DNA of 20,000 nt from Myxococcota bacterium (GCA_023150835.1 JAKLKB010000022.1:47388-67387), one strand, 5' to 3'. Shown: positions 7,900 to 17,281, counted from the stretch's first letter. Translations and numbers: made by a program. Notes: a model not told the origin generated them from the sequence alone.

Positions 7900-10800
7900 A
7901 TGTTGATACGTTGGATCGCGATCGGTTGGGTCGGTTTGGTTTGTTTGTTTTCTTGTACCGAGCAAACCACCAAGTGCCAAAAAGACGGCGACTGCCCGAG
8001 TGGGATGCAGTGTCTTGCGGGGCGGTGCTTTTGCCCGAGTGGTTTGAGTGTGTGTGGCACGGCGTGTGTGGATCTGCGCGGTGCAGCGGAGCATTGCGGT
8101 GCTTGTGGACAAGCCTGCAAAGGTGGCAAGCGATGTCAGCAAGGAAACTGCGTTTGTGGGGCAGGGCAAGTCGACTGTGGTACGGCTTGTGTTGATATCC
8201 GCAGTGACGGGACGAATTGCGGTGGTTGTGGGCGGACTTGTGCGAGCGGAGAGTTTTGCACCAACGGGCGTTGTGCGGCGTCTTGTCCGAGCCAAACCCC
8301 CCAATCTTGCGGCGGAAGCTGTGTTGACCCCCAGAACGATCCGCTGCATTGCGGTCAATGCAACCTTGCGTGTAAGGCAGGGGAGTTGTGCCAAGCAGGC
8401 CAATGCGTCTGCTCGCAAGGACGGGCCTCTTGTGGCGATCAGTGTGCTGACCTACAGAGCAATCCTGCGCATTGTGGGTCTTGTGGGCGAGCTTGTCCGA
8501 GCGGGCAGCGCTGCGCGAGTGGACAATGCCTTGCGAACTGCCCCGAAAGTACGCCAACGCTGTGTTTTGGGGGATGTATCGATACCAAGACCGACGGCCA
8601 ACATTGCGGACAATGCGGTCAGCGCTGTCCTACACAACAGCAGTGTACAGATGGCCGTTGTGTGTGTCCGAACGGAACCATCCTTTGTGACGGGCGTTGC
8701 GTCGATCCAAGGATCGATCCATCGCATTGCGGCACCTGTGGGAACGTCTGCAACAACGGGGTTTTTTGTAGCAAGGGTCAATGCCTCCCTGAGTGTACCG
8801 TCGCGACGGAGACGATCTGCTTGGGTGGCTGCGCGGATACACAGACGGATCCTGCCCATTGTGGAAAGTGCGCAAACGCTTGTGGGATCGGCTTTGTGTG
8901 CAAGGGTGGGCAATGCCTCTGCCCAGACGGCCAGACCGATTGCAACGGGCAATGCGTGGACACCAAGATCCACGCGCTACATTGCGGAGCTTGCGCAAAA
9001 AGCTGTAAGGATGGGGAGGTTTGCGCAGCGGGTGCGTGTACCGCTTCGTGTCCGACCGAAACGCCGAAGATCTGTTATCAGGCTTGCGTCGATCCGCAGA
9101 CCAATACGCTGCATTGCGGCGATTGCAACCGCCGTTGCCAAGCAGGGCAGATCTGCGACAAGGGAAGCTGCCAATGCCCAAACGGGACGCGATTGTGTGA
9201 TGGCCTATGCACCGACATCAAGACAGACGGACTCCATTGTGGAGGCTGTCATCGCCGTTGTCCCGACCGTTTCGCCTGCCAAGCAGGGCTGTGTCAACTC
9301 CAATGCCCAAGCGGACAGATCGTCTGCAACGGCGGATGTGTGGATCCGAAAACAGATGACAGCCACTGCGGAAAGTGCGGTGTGACATGCCAAGCCCCGC
9401 AACGCTGCCAAGACGCCCGATGCTTGTGCCCTTCGGGGCAGACGGCCTGTGGAACAGGCTGCATCGATCTGCAAATCAACCCCCAACATTGCGGCGTTTG
9501 TGACAAAGCCTGTGGTGCGGGTGAGCAGTGTGTGGCAGGAAAATGCCAGACCAATTGTTCCACAGGGCAAAGCGTTTGTGCTGGAAAGTGCGTCGACGTC
9601 AAAACGGACGCAGCGCATTGTGGAGCGTGTGGAAACGCCTGTGGTACGGGGCAATTGTGCGTCAATGGGCAGTGCGGATGCAGTACAGGGCAGACTTTTT
9701 GTGCGGGGGCTTGTGTCTTTACGGAGTGGGATCCCGCCCATTGTGGATCGTGTGGAAATGCCTGTGGTGCGGGGCAGTTTTGTGTGCAGGGCAAGTGCCA
9801 AAGCTGCCCACCTCAAGCCCCACAATGCGGCGCAAGTTGTTGTCCCAACCAGCTTGCTTGTTGCAATAACGCTTGTACCGATACACAAAACAGTCTCCAA
9901 CATTGCGGAGCCTGCGGGCAAACCTGCACCGCGACGCAAGGCTGTTGCAGCGGAACGTGCATCACTCTTCAAAACAACAACCAACACTGCGGCGCTTGTG
10001 GAAATGCTTGTGCTTCTCCGCAGCGCTGTTGCGGGACGGCTTGTGCGAATACAGATCAAGATCCACAAAACTGCGGAAGCTGCGGGAACAAATGTCCTGC
10101 AGGAAGCTCTTGTTGCGGTGGCGTCTGCAAAAACTTACAAACGGATAACCAAAACTGCGGAGCGTGTGGGACGTTTTGTGGCCGAGCTCAAGTCTGTTGT
10201 GGTGGCACTTGTCGGAACTACCTGACGGATCCCCAACACTGCGGAAGCTGCGGGCGTGCGTGCGCGGCTGGGCAGGCTTGTTGTAACGGGCAGTGTGTGA
10301 GCACACAAACCGACACGCAACATTGCGGAGGCTGCGGGCTCGCCTGTAGTACCGCACAGCGGTGCTGTAGTGGAAAATGCGCGGGACTACAAAATGATCC
10401 CCAACATTGCGGAGGATGCGGAATTGCTTGTACGACAGGGCAGTCGTGTTGTGGTACGGCGTGTGCGAACACGCAAACCAGCACGCAACATTGCGGAAGA
10501 TGCGGGACAAGCTGCCTTGCGGGGCAATCTTGTTGTAGCGGAAGCTGCGCAGATACCCAAAGCAATCCGCAAAACTGCGGAAGCTGCGGGTTGAATTGCA
10601 ATGCAGGGCAGGTCTGCCGCAGCGGAGTCTGCTCCGCCTGTGCAGCATCTAGCGAGTGTCCAAGCAACCAGTTCTGCCGCAATGGTCTATGTACCCCCTG
10701 CACAACGGCCTGCGACAACGCCTATTCATTCTCCAGCACAGGGACCGCTTCTCCTCGGGAGCTGTTTGTGGATGGCAGTGGCAATCTGTTGTTTGGTGGT

Positions 10801-11991
10801 TTTTATACAGGCAGCGTGACTTTTGGCGCGAATGTGCTGACCTCGCTAGGCCAAGAAGACGCTTTTTCGGTCAAGATGAGCCAGACAGGGGCGACGTTGT
10901 GGGCCAAAAGCGCGGGTGGAACGGCCAACGATCAAACAGATGGAGATGGCATCGACGGTTCGGGCAACCTCTATAGCATCGGTTTGTTGGGACGACACAG
11001 CACGCCGATGACCTTTCCGACCAATCCACCGACCACATTGACACCACGCGGTCCTTACGACGCGTACGTGATGAAGCAAAACAGTGCGGACGGAACAGCG
11101 GCATGGGCCGTCCAACTGGGCGGCAATAGCTATGATTGGTCCGGCAAGATCGCGACAACCGCAGCAGGAGATAGCTTTGTCACGGGCTGGATCGTCGGCC
11201 CCAATCAGCAGATCTGCGCGCATACCGTGACCGACTCGTACCACGAGATCTTTGTGGCGCGAATTGAGCCGACGGCGGGCCGTTGTATGTGGGCCAAGAC
11301 GGTGGGAGCACCCGGCGTGAGTGATTATCCTGCGGGCTTGGCGGTGAGTGGAACGAATGTGTATGTGACGGGCCGTTTCCAAGGTACGGCGAGCTTTGGG
11401 GCGACGCAGTTGACCTCGCTAGGTGGCTTTGATGGCGTGGTCTTTAGCATGACGGATCAAGGCGCTTTTGGGTGGGCGCGTGGTTTCCACGGCACGCAAG
11501 ATATCCTTGTGGGTGGCGTTGTGGTCGATGGGACGAACCTTTATGTGTACGGGACTTTTTCGGGGACCGCACAATTCGGCAGCTACTCCCTGACCGCAAC
11601 GGGCGGAGCCAACGCGTTTGTGGTGCGGATGACGAACACAGGCACGGTGTCTTGGGCAAAAAATCTCGGAACATCCGGGATCTTGCAGATGATCCGCACG
11701 GCATCTGGAAAGATCTACATGACAGGGAGCTTTTCAGGCACGATCCGCCTCGACAACATCACGCTCACCTCTGTCGGCGGCAACGATGTGCTGTTTGCAG
11801 AGATCGATAGTACGGGGGCTTTCCGACGTGCAGAGCGGGCTGGTGGCCCAAACAATGACGCGGGGCGCGGGATCGCCGTCAATAGCGCTGGACGGATCTT
11901 TATCGTCGGAAGCTACGATCGGCAAGGTTCTTTTGGCCCTGCGAACCTCACCGCCTCTGGCAACGCCATCTTCTTGTGGGCTTTCCAGTGA
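7900..11991 (+). CDS. Giant Cys-rich surface lipoprotein (1363 aa): 23 (H/N)CGxC repeats (STIG1-like / myxobacterial Cys-rich type) plus a C-terminal 7-blade beta-propeller
   Basis: ATG 7900 follows GGGGG; the signal is MLIRWIAIGWVGLVCLFS-C. There are 14 long repeats (~41-45 aa), a hinge CQSCPPQAPQCGASCC and 9 short ~28-aa CC-type repeats. From ~10720 to 11988 there are seven blades of the type GIAVDxxGNxYVTGxFxGTxxFGxxxLTSxGxxDxF (SBBP-like). Confidence 0.9.
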   Translation: MLIRWIAIGWVGLVCLFSCTEQTTKCQKDGDCPSGMQCLAGRCFCPSGLSVCGTACVDLRGAAEHCGACGQACKGGKRCQQGNCVCGAGQVDCGTACVDIRSDGTNCGGCGRTCASGEFCTNGRCAASCPSQTPQSCGGSCVDPQNDPLHCGQCNLACKAGELCQAGQCVCSQGRASCGDQCADLQSNPAHCGSCGRACPSGQRCASGQCLANCPESTPTLCFGGCIDTKTDGQHCGQCGQRCPTQQQCTDGRCVCPNGTILCDGRCVDPRIDPSHCGTCGNVCNNGVFCSKGQCLPECTVATETICLGGCADTQTDPAHCGKCANACGIGFVCKGGQCLCPDGQTDCNGQCVDTKIHALHCGACAKSCKDGEVCAAGACTASCPTETPKICYQACVDPQTNTLHCGDCNRRCQAGQICDKGSCQCPNGTRLCDGLCTDIKTDGLHCGGCHRRCPDRFACQAGLCQLQCPSGQIVCNGGCVDPKTDDSHCGKCGVTCQAPQRCQDARCLCPSGQTACGTGCIDLQINPQHCGVCDKACGAGEQCVAGKCQTNCSTGQSVCAGKCVDVKTDAAHCGACGNACGTGQLCVNGQCGCSTGQTFCAGACVFTEWDPAHCGSCGNACGAGQFCVQGKCQSCPPQAPQCGASCCPNQLACCNNACTDTQNSLQHCGACGQTCTATQGCCSGTCITLQNNNQHCGACGNACASPQRCCGTACANTDQDPQNCGSCGNKCPAGSSCCGGVCKNLQTDNQNCGACGTFCGRAQVCCGGTCRNYLTDPQHCGSCGRACAAGQACCNGQCVSTQTDTQHCGGCGLACSTAQRCCSGKCAGLQNDPQHCGGCGIACTTGQSCCGTACANTQTSTQHCGRCGTSCLAGQSCCSGSCADTQSNPQNCGSCGLNCNAGQVCRSGVCSACAASSECPSNQFCRNGLCTPCTTACDNAYSFSSTGTASPRELFVDGSGNLLFGGFYTGSVTFGANVLTSLGQEDAFSVKMSQTGATLWAKSAGGTANDQTDGDGIDGSGNLYSIGLLGRHSTPMTFPTNPPTTLTPRGPYDAYVMKQNSADGTAAWAVQLGGNSYDWSGKIATTAAGDSFVTGWIVGPNQQICAHTVTDSYHEIFVARIEPTAGRCMWAKTVGAPGVSDYPAGLAVSGTNVYVTGRFQGTASFGATQLTSLGGFDGVVFSMTDQGAFGWARGFHGTQDILVGGVVVDGTNLYVYGTFSGTAQFGSYSLTATGGANAFVVRMTNTGTVSWAKNLGTSGILQMIRTASGKIYMTGSFSGTIRLDNITLTSVGGNDVLFAEIDSTGAFRRAERAGGPNNDAGRGIAVNSAGRIFIVGSYDRQGSFGPANLTASGNAIFLWAFQ

Positions 11992-12026
11992 TCTCTACGA
12001 CGCGCAAAGAAAGGAATCTGTGGATC

Positions 12027-14153
12027 ATGATCCGTCGGAATATGCCTGCGTCTCTTTTTCTTCGTGGTGTCTGGGCCTCGCATCTTCGGCTATTTTTGGC
12101 TTGGCTTGGGATGGCCGCAATCCCGCTTGCTTGTGGAGGGGTTGTGTTTGCTCCTTGCGCAGACGACAAAGCCTGTGCCCAAGGCCAACGCTGTCTCAAC
12201 GGAACGTGCCTTTGTCCCGAGGGCAACGCTCTTTGTAGTGATGCTTGCCAGAATCTACTCCAAAACAACCAACACTGCGGCGTTTGTAACAACGCCTGTC
12301 CAAGCGGAAAAAGCTGCGTCCAAGGGGGCTGTATGTGTCCCGCAGGCTCGGTGGATTGCAACGGGGCCTGTGCCAACTTGAACGCGGACGTCAACCATTG
12401 CGGGCGTTGCGGGCAGATCTGCTCTGGCGGTGAAAAGTGCGCAAGTGGCCGTTGTGTGACGGATTGTCCAAGCACGACATCTACCGATTGCGGCGGAGCT
12501 TGCATCGATCTTCAAAGCAGCGCCAAGCATTGCGGAGCTTGCAACAAAGCCTGTGCGGACGGGCAGATCTGCGTCAACGGCGTGTGTCGGTGTCCTCCCG
12601 GGGATCTGTCTTGTGGTTCTGCTTGTGCCGATGCAACGGTCTCGAACCAACATTGCGGGGTCTGCGACAATGCTTGTCCGAATGGTCAGCGTTGTGCAAG
12701 CGGGCAATGCGATACAAGCTGCCCTGAAAGTACCCCCTCTCTGTGCCTTGGTGCGTGCGTGGACACGCGCTTCAACGATCTGCATTGTGGCCGTTGTGCG
12801 GAGCGTTGCGAAGAAGGGCGGCGCTGTGTCGATGGAGTGTGTCGCTGCCCCGATGGGATGCGCGAGTGTGCGGGCCGTTGCGTGGATCTGAATACAGATC
12901 GCGAACATTGCGGAGAATGTGGGCAGATCTGCGCCCAAGGTTTGCTTTGTGCTGAAGGCAACTGCGTTGTAAGCTGTCCCGAAGCGACCCCCAACGCTTG
13001 TTTTGGCGGCTGTTTTGCGACGCAGACCAACCCCAATCATTGCGGTGGGTGCGGAACGCGCTGTTTGGATGGACAGGCTTGTAGCGGCGGAAGCTGCGGG
13101 TGTTCTGCGCCGCTTTCTCTATGCAACGATCAATGTGTCGATACGCAAACCAACGTACTTCATTGCGGAAAATGCGGCACACGTTGTCCTGATGGAAAGC
13201 GTTGTGCTGCCGGTCAGTGCGTCACCTCTTGCCCGACGGAAACGCCAAAGATCTGTTATGGCGGATGTATCGATATCCAGAGCCATCCGCTGCATTGCGG
13301 AGGCTGCGGAAAACGCTGTCCTGCGGGACTCACCTGCAAGAGCGGGCGTTGTGATTGCCCAAGCGAGCGAACTCTTTGCAATGGACGCTGCGTCGATACC
13401 CAAACCAGCCGCCTTCATTGCGGCGCATGCGGTCGCCTCTGCCCAACGGGGTACACCTGCCAAAAGGGCGGATGCGTCATCCTTTGCTCTACTGCTTTCC
13501 CCAACCTGTGCGGAAAGCAGTGTGTCAACCTTCAAAGCGATCGCCGCCATTGCGGGACTTGTGACAAGGCTTGTGCTGACGACAAACGTTGCGAACAAGG
13601 AAGCTGCATCTGCCCCCTTGCACAAACTGAATGCAGCGGAAAATGCGTCGACACCCAGACCGATCTCCAACATTGCGGAGCTTGCGGCAAAAAATGCCCA
13701 AGCGGTGAGCGTTGCGTGGCGGGTGTTTGTCGGACAGATTGCCCTATAGGACAAACCCAATGCAGCGACCGTTGCGCAGATACCCAAACGGACGCCCAGC
13801 ACTGTGGTCAATGTGCAAACGCTTGCGGCCCGACCTTGCGCTGTAGCGGAGGCCAATGTGTTTGTGCAGATCCAAGCTTTGTCGAATGTAGCGGCGTGTG
13901 CGTCAATACCAAACTGGACCCCCAACATTGCGGTCAATGCAGCAAAAAATGCCCCACAGGACAGGCCTGCGACAACGGAACGTGCCAGCTTTGTCCCCAA
14001 GGCAGTCTCCAGTGCGGCACGACCTGTTGTCCCGGGAACTTCCTTTGCTGTGGCAATGCTTGCGTCGACCCGAAGATCAATCCCCAACATTGCGGTCAAT
14101 GCAGCAAGGTTTGTTCTGCGGGACGCCCCTGTAGCAACGGTGTTTGTCAATGA
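12027..14153 (+). CDS. Cys-rich repeat lipoprotein (~708 aa), 15 HCGxC repeats, no C-terminal head; paralog of the upstream gene
   Basis: ATG 12027 follows AAGGAA (ATG 12042 is an alternative). The lipobox is AIPLA-C. It has 14 long repeats, the hinge CQLCPQGSLQCGTTCC and 1 short repeat, then TGA. Confidence 0.88.
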   Translation: MIRRNMPASLFLRGVWASHLRLFLAWLGMAAIPLACGGVVFAPCADDKACAQGQRCLNGTCLCPEGNALCSDACQNLLQNNQHCGVCNNACPSGKSCVQGGCMCPAGSVDCNGACANLNADVNHCGRCGQICSGGEKCASGRCVTDCPSTTSTDCGGACIDLQSSAKHCGACNKACADGQICVNGVCRCPPGDLSCGSACADATVSNQHCGVCDNACPNGQRCASGQCDTSCPESTPSLCLGACVDTRFNDLHCGRCAERCEEGRRCVDGVCRCPDGMRECAGRCVDLNTDREHCGECGQICAQGLLCAEGNCVVSCPEATPNACFGGCFATQTNPNHCGGCGTRCLDGQACSGGSCGCSAPLSLCNDQCVDTQTNVLHCGKCGTRCPDGKRCAAGQCVTSCPTETPKICYGGCIDIQSHPLHCGGCGKRCPAGLTCKSGRCDCPSERTLCNGRCVDTQTSRLHCGACGRLCPTGYTCQKGGCVILCSTAFPNLCGKQCVNLQSDRRHCGTCDKACADDKRCEQGSCICPLAQTECSGKCVDTQTDLQHCGACGKKCPSGERCVAGVCRTDCPIGQTQCSDRCADTQTDAQHCGQCANACGPTLRCSGGQCVCADPSFVECSGVCVNTKLDPQHCGQCSKKCPTGQACDNGTCQLCPQGSLQCGTTCCPGNFLCCGNACVDPKINPQHCGQCSKVCSAGRPCSNGVCQ

Positions 14154-14154
14154 T

Positions 14155-14191
14155 ATCGGATGGGTGCAGTTGGATGGTGTTTGTGGGGTGT
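14155..14191 (+). repeat. Short GT-rich intergenic repeat family B, copy 2
   Basis: Shares the blocks ATCGGAT / GTTGGATGGT / GTGGGGTGT with 7131-7166 and starts 2 nt after the stop codon. Confidence 0.55.
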
Positions 14192-14194
14192 CAT

Positions 14195-14279
14195 ACGATA
14201 TCCGAGTGATGTGTATATACGTAAACGCCCTATTCTTGGGCAGCCACGGGGGGCTGCCCCTACATTTTTAGGATCACGC
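14195..14279 (-). repeat. REP-like repeat family A, copy 2 (GTAG-type palindrome)
   Basis: The reverse complement reads GCGTGATCCTAAAAAT-GTAG-GGGCAGCCCCCCGTGGCTGCCC-AAGAATAGGGCGTTTACGTA...ACATCACTCGGATATCGT. It is colinear with 17282-17377, including an identical 18-mer (14195-14212 vs 17360-17377). Confidence 0.85.
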
Positions 14280-14299
14280 GCCCTGCGGATTTCGCATCA

Positions 14300-14348
14300 C
14301 CCCACTCCCCACTTCCAAGGGCGCGGCTCCCTTGCCCCCGTGTTGGCG
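14300..14348 (+). repeat. Hairpin repeat family C, degenerate copy (possible terminator between convergent genes)
   Basis: CAAGGG-cgcggct-CCCTTG (14316-14334) is followed by 6 nt and TGTTGGCG, the same layout as CCCTTG-actcca-TGTTGGCG at 17510-17529. Confidence 0.5.
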
Positions 14349-14467
14349 GACTGAGCGGCTACTTTTCAAACCAACGACTCTGCCGCTTGCAGCAGCACGA
14401 ACACGTCTTTGTTGGTTGCGTGAGTCCTGTGGGATAGGAATCTTGGGGGGAGCATACCGCGTGGATG

Positions 14468-15568
14468 CTATCTGCGGACGCGGACGACTTGGATAACTTG
14501 CGGAGGATCTTCTTGTTTTCGGCGTGCGGCGATCAGGAAAGATACCAGAAACATCCCCATGCCTGCCCCCATCACCCACGAAGAGATCGTCACAAATGGC
14601 CCAATCAACGGCTCGACAAGCATCTTGACGAAGGGCAAGGCCATCTCGGCCAGCTTTTGCGAGGCGCGATCCGAGACCAAGGGGAGCCCGCTTGTGAGGC
14701 GTGTCAGATCGATCCCCGAAGCCGCTATCTGCGTCAAGCCTTCCTTGATACCGGACGATGCAGACCACACGATAGCTCCTGAAAGGGCGACGGTGAAGCC
14801 CATCGACATCAAAAATCCCCGCGTACCCGTCGATGTCACAAGCAGCGCCCCCAAACACAACAGACCAAAGGGGAAAAAAAAGAGCGACCACGAAAACTTC
14901 CGCACCATCACCAGATCGGTCGCAAGTTCTTGGCTGTGTTGTGGTGTGAGCAAGAGATATTTCTGGGTTTTTTTCGCGCTCTCGGCTTGCAATCGCGCCC
15001 AAATCAAGCGCAGAGCCTCTTCACTTGGCGAACACGCAGGGTAGGTGCCCTCCGAAGAGGACTTGGTCAAAGCAACGGTCCATCGGGCTTGTTGTTGGGT
15101 ATCGCAAGGCGGCATCTTGGCCATCACACCTCTGACGTATTGCTGCACCACAGGCCCCGTTAACGCCGCATAGTACGGCCCAAGACGGATAGTGATCGGC
15201 TTGTCTACGGTCTTCCCTTGCACGACCCCGCCTAGCCGCGAAAGCGCGACCAGCAACTCCCCTTCAAACCACGTTTTGAGACCACTTTTCTCAAAGACTT
15301 CGGACAACTTCATCGGTGCTTGTTCGAGTGCCATCAGCCACTTTTGGGCTTCAGGATCTTTCGCCATATCGGGGGACTTGGAGATCACCCGCAACGCTTG
15401 ATCGGCCAACGGCGGCAGGTCACGTACCACCTGTTTGGGGACGTTGCTTGTGTAGTCCCGCACCAAGGCGTCTTGCGAAAAAGCCACCACCATGATCGCG
15501 ACGATCATCCCTGTCACTCCGAACGCCAACAGCACAAACCAACCCACCAGCTTTTTGATCACTCCCAT
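14468..15568 (-). CDS. Hypothetical integral membrane protein (366 aa): one N-terminal TM helix, a large helical extracytoplasmic domain and ~3 C-terminal TM helices
   Basis: ATG 15568 follows GAGGAG. Hydrophobic segments are LVGWFVLLAFGVTGMIVAIMVVAF, WSLFFFPFGLLCLGALLV, GFLMSMGFTVALSGAIVW and FVTISSWVMGAGMGMFLVSFLIAA, the last followed by RRK. Confidence 0.8.
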   Translation of the reverse strand: MGVIKKLVGWFVLLAFGVTGMIVAIMVVAFSQDALVRDYTSNVPKQVVRDLPPLADQALRVISKSPDMAKDPEAQKWLMALEQAPMKLSEVFEKSGLKTWFEGELLVALSRLGGVVQGKTVDKPITIRLGPYYAALTGPVVQQYVRGVMAKMPPCDTQQQARWTVALTKSSSEGTYPACSPSEEALRLIWARLQAESAKKTQKYLLLTPQHSQELATDLVMVRKFSWSLFFFPFGLLCLGALLVTSTGTRGFLMSMGFTVALSGAIVWSASSGIKEGLTQIAASGIDLTRLTSGLPLVSDRASQKLAEMALPFVKMLVEPLIGPFVTISSWVMGAGMGMFLVSFLIAARRKQEDPPQVIQVVRVRR

Positions 15569-15899
15569 CGGCTTTTTTCTCCTCAGCAACATATTGACGA
15601 TGCGCGCTGTACATTGGGACATCCCCCTGCTCTCAGCAAGCCCGTCGGCTGTTTTTCTCTCAAACAGCTTTTTCTCAACACACAAGCGCCCACAACATCG
15701 CTGTTTTTGCGAACAAGCCTTGACGAAACGACCCTTGTTGGCCAAGATCTGCGCCTGCCAACGCAGAGCCACAACGCTCAACACCAACACGCTGAGGCGA
15801 GGCAAGCCACGACCACGACCACTTCTCGCTTCGCTTTGTGTGCAACGATCACGACGGCAGGTTGCACGCACTCACTTCTCACACAAAAGGCGCCAAACG

Positions 15900-17264
15900 A
15901 TGGGCAAGATCTTCGTGATCGGTGCAGGACGCTCCGCTTCTACTTTGATTCGTTATCTTCTCGAAAACGCCGAGGCTCAATCTTGGGAGATCCGCGTCGG
16001 TGATATCAACCTCGAACTCGCCAAACAAAAGATCGCCGGTCATCCGCGTGGACAAGCCGTCTTGTTTGACTCGCTCGACCGCGCCACCTACGGCGACCAC
16101 ATCACATGGTCCGATCTGGTGATCTCGATGCTCCCGGCTTCGATGCACGTCCCGATCGCACGCGAGTGCATCGATCACGGAAAACACCTTCTGACCGCTT
16201 CGTACATCTCCGATGAGATGCAAGAACTCCACGCCGAGGCACAAAAAGCCGGCGTACTCTTGCTCAACGAGATGGGACTCGACCCCGGCATCGATCACAT
16301 GTCTGCGATGCGTATGCTCGATAAACTCCGCGAACAAGGCGTTCCCATCGTTCGTTTCGAGTCCTTCGCAGGTGGACTCCTTGCCCCCCAAAGCGAAGCA
16401 AACAACCCGTGGCGCTACAAATTCACATGGAACCCCCGCAACGTCGTCCTCGCAGGGTCGGGTTCTGCCGTCAAGTTCGTCCAAGAAGACCGCTATAAAT
16501 ACATCCCTTACCAGCGGCTGTTTCGTCGCACAGAGATCATCGAGATCGAAGGATACGGCAAGTTTGAAGGGTACGCCAACCGCGACTCGCTCAAGTACAT
16601 CGATGTGTATCGTCTGCGTGGTATCCCCACCATCTATCGCGGAACACTCCGACGTCCCGGGTTTTGCAAGGCATGGGATGTCTTTGTGCAGCTTGGCGCA
16701 ACCGATGATTCTTATCTGATGGAAGGCAGCGAAGACATGACCTGCCGCGAATTCATCGACTCCTTCTTGCTTTACGACACCCAAGACAGCACACGCCTTC
16801 GCCTGATGCACTACCTCCGACTTGACCATGATTCTCCTGAAATGGAAAAGCTCGACTGGCTCGGTATCTTCGACGACACACCCATCGGCTACGGAAAGCC
16901 CGGGACGCCCGCGCAACTTCTTCAACATATCCTTGAGAAAAAATGGAACCTCGAACCTGACGACAAAGATATGATCGTCATGGTCCACAAGATCCACTTT
17001 CTCGATTCCGACGCCAAACGCCACCAACTCTTTTCTTCTACCGCCATCCTCGGCGAAGATCGCACCTATACCGCCATGGCGCACACCGTCGGCCTCCCCC
17101 TCGGCATCGCCGCTCGTTTGATCCTCAACCGCACCATCCAGCTAACGGGCGTCCAACGCCCCACCCTCCCCGCGATCTATCACCCCGTCCTCCAAGAACT
17201 CGAACGCTACGGGATCACCTTCCACGAACGCGAAACTGCCGTCCAATTCGAATCCATGTACTAA
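15900..17264 (+). CDS. Saccharopine dehydrogenase family protein (NAD(P)-dependent, glutamate-forming / Lys9-like), 454 aa
   Basis: ATG 15900 follows AAAAGG. The Rossmann start IFVIGAGRSAS and the motifs VISMLP, LLTASY, NEMGLDPGIDH, FESFAGGL, YKFTWNPRNVV, EGYANRDSL, YRGTLR and TAMAHTVGLP are present. Confidence 0.93.
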   Translation: MGKIFVIGAGRSASTLIRYLLENAEAQSWEIRVGDINLELAKQKIAGHPRGQAVLFDSLDRATYGDHITWSDLVISMLPASMHVPIARECIDHGKHLLTASYISDEMQELHAEAQKAGVLLLNEMGLDPGIDHMSAMRMLDKLREQGVPIVRFESFAGGLLAPQSEANNPWRYKFTWNPRNVVLAGSGSAVKFVQEDRYKYIPYQRLFRRTEIIEIEGYGKFEGYANRDSLKYIDVYRLRGIPTIYRGTLRRPGFCKAWDVFVQLGATDDSYLMEGSEDMTCREFIDSFLLYDTQDSTRLRLMHYLRLDHDSPEMEKLDWLGIFDDTPIGYGKPGTPAQLLQHILEKKWNLEPDDKDMIVMVHKIHFLDSDAKRHQLFSSTAILGEDRTYTAMAHTVGLPLGIAARLILNRTIQLTGVQRPTLPAIYHPVLQELERYGITFHERETAVQFESMY

Positions 17265-17281
17265 TACGAGAGCCGCCCGTT

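Noticed and set aside
7900..14153. Multiheme cytochrome interpretation of the many Cys/His motifs
   Set aside because: The motif is HCGxC, with His before the cysteines, not CxxCH. The single CGGCH at ~9238-9252 is a chance variant of one repeat.
15492..15899. N-terminal extensions of the ORF-track calls 15492..17264 (+) and 14468..15871 (-)
   Set aside because: The two extensions overlap each other across the divergent promoter region. RBS-supported starts lie at 15900 and 15568, and homology of the + gene begins at 15900.
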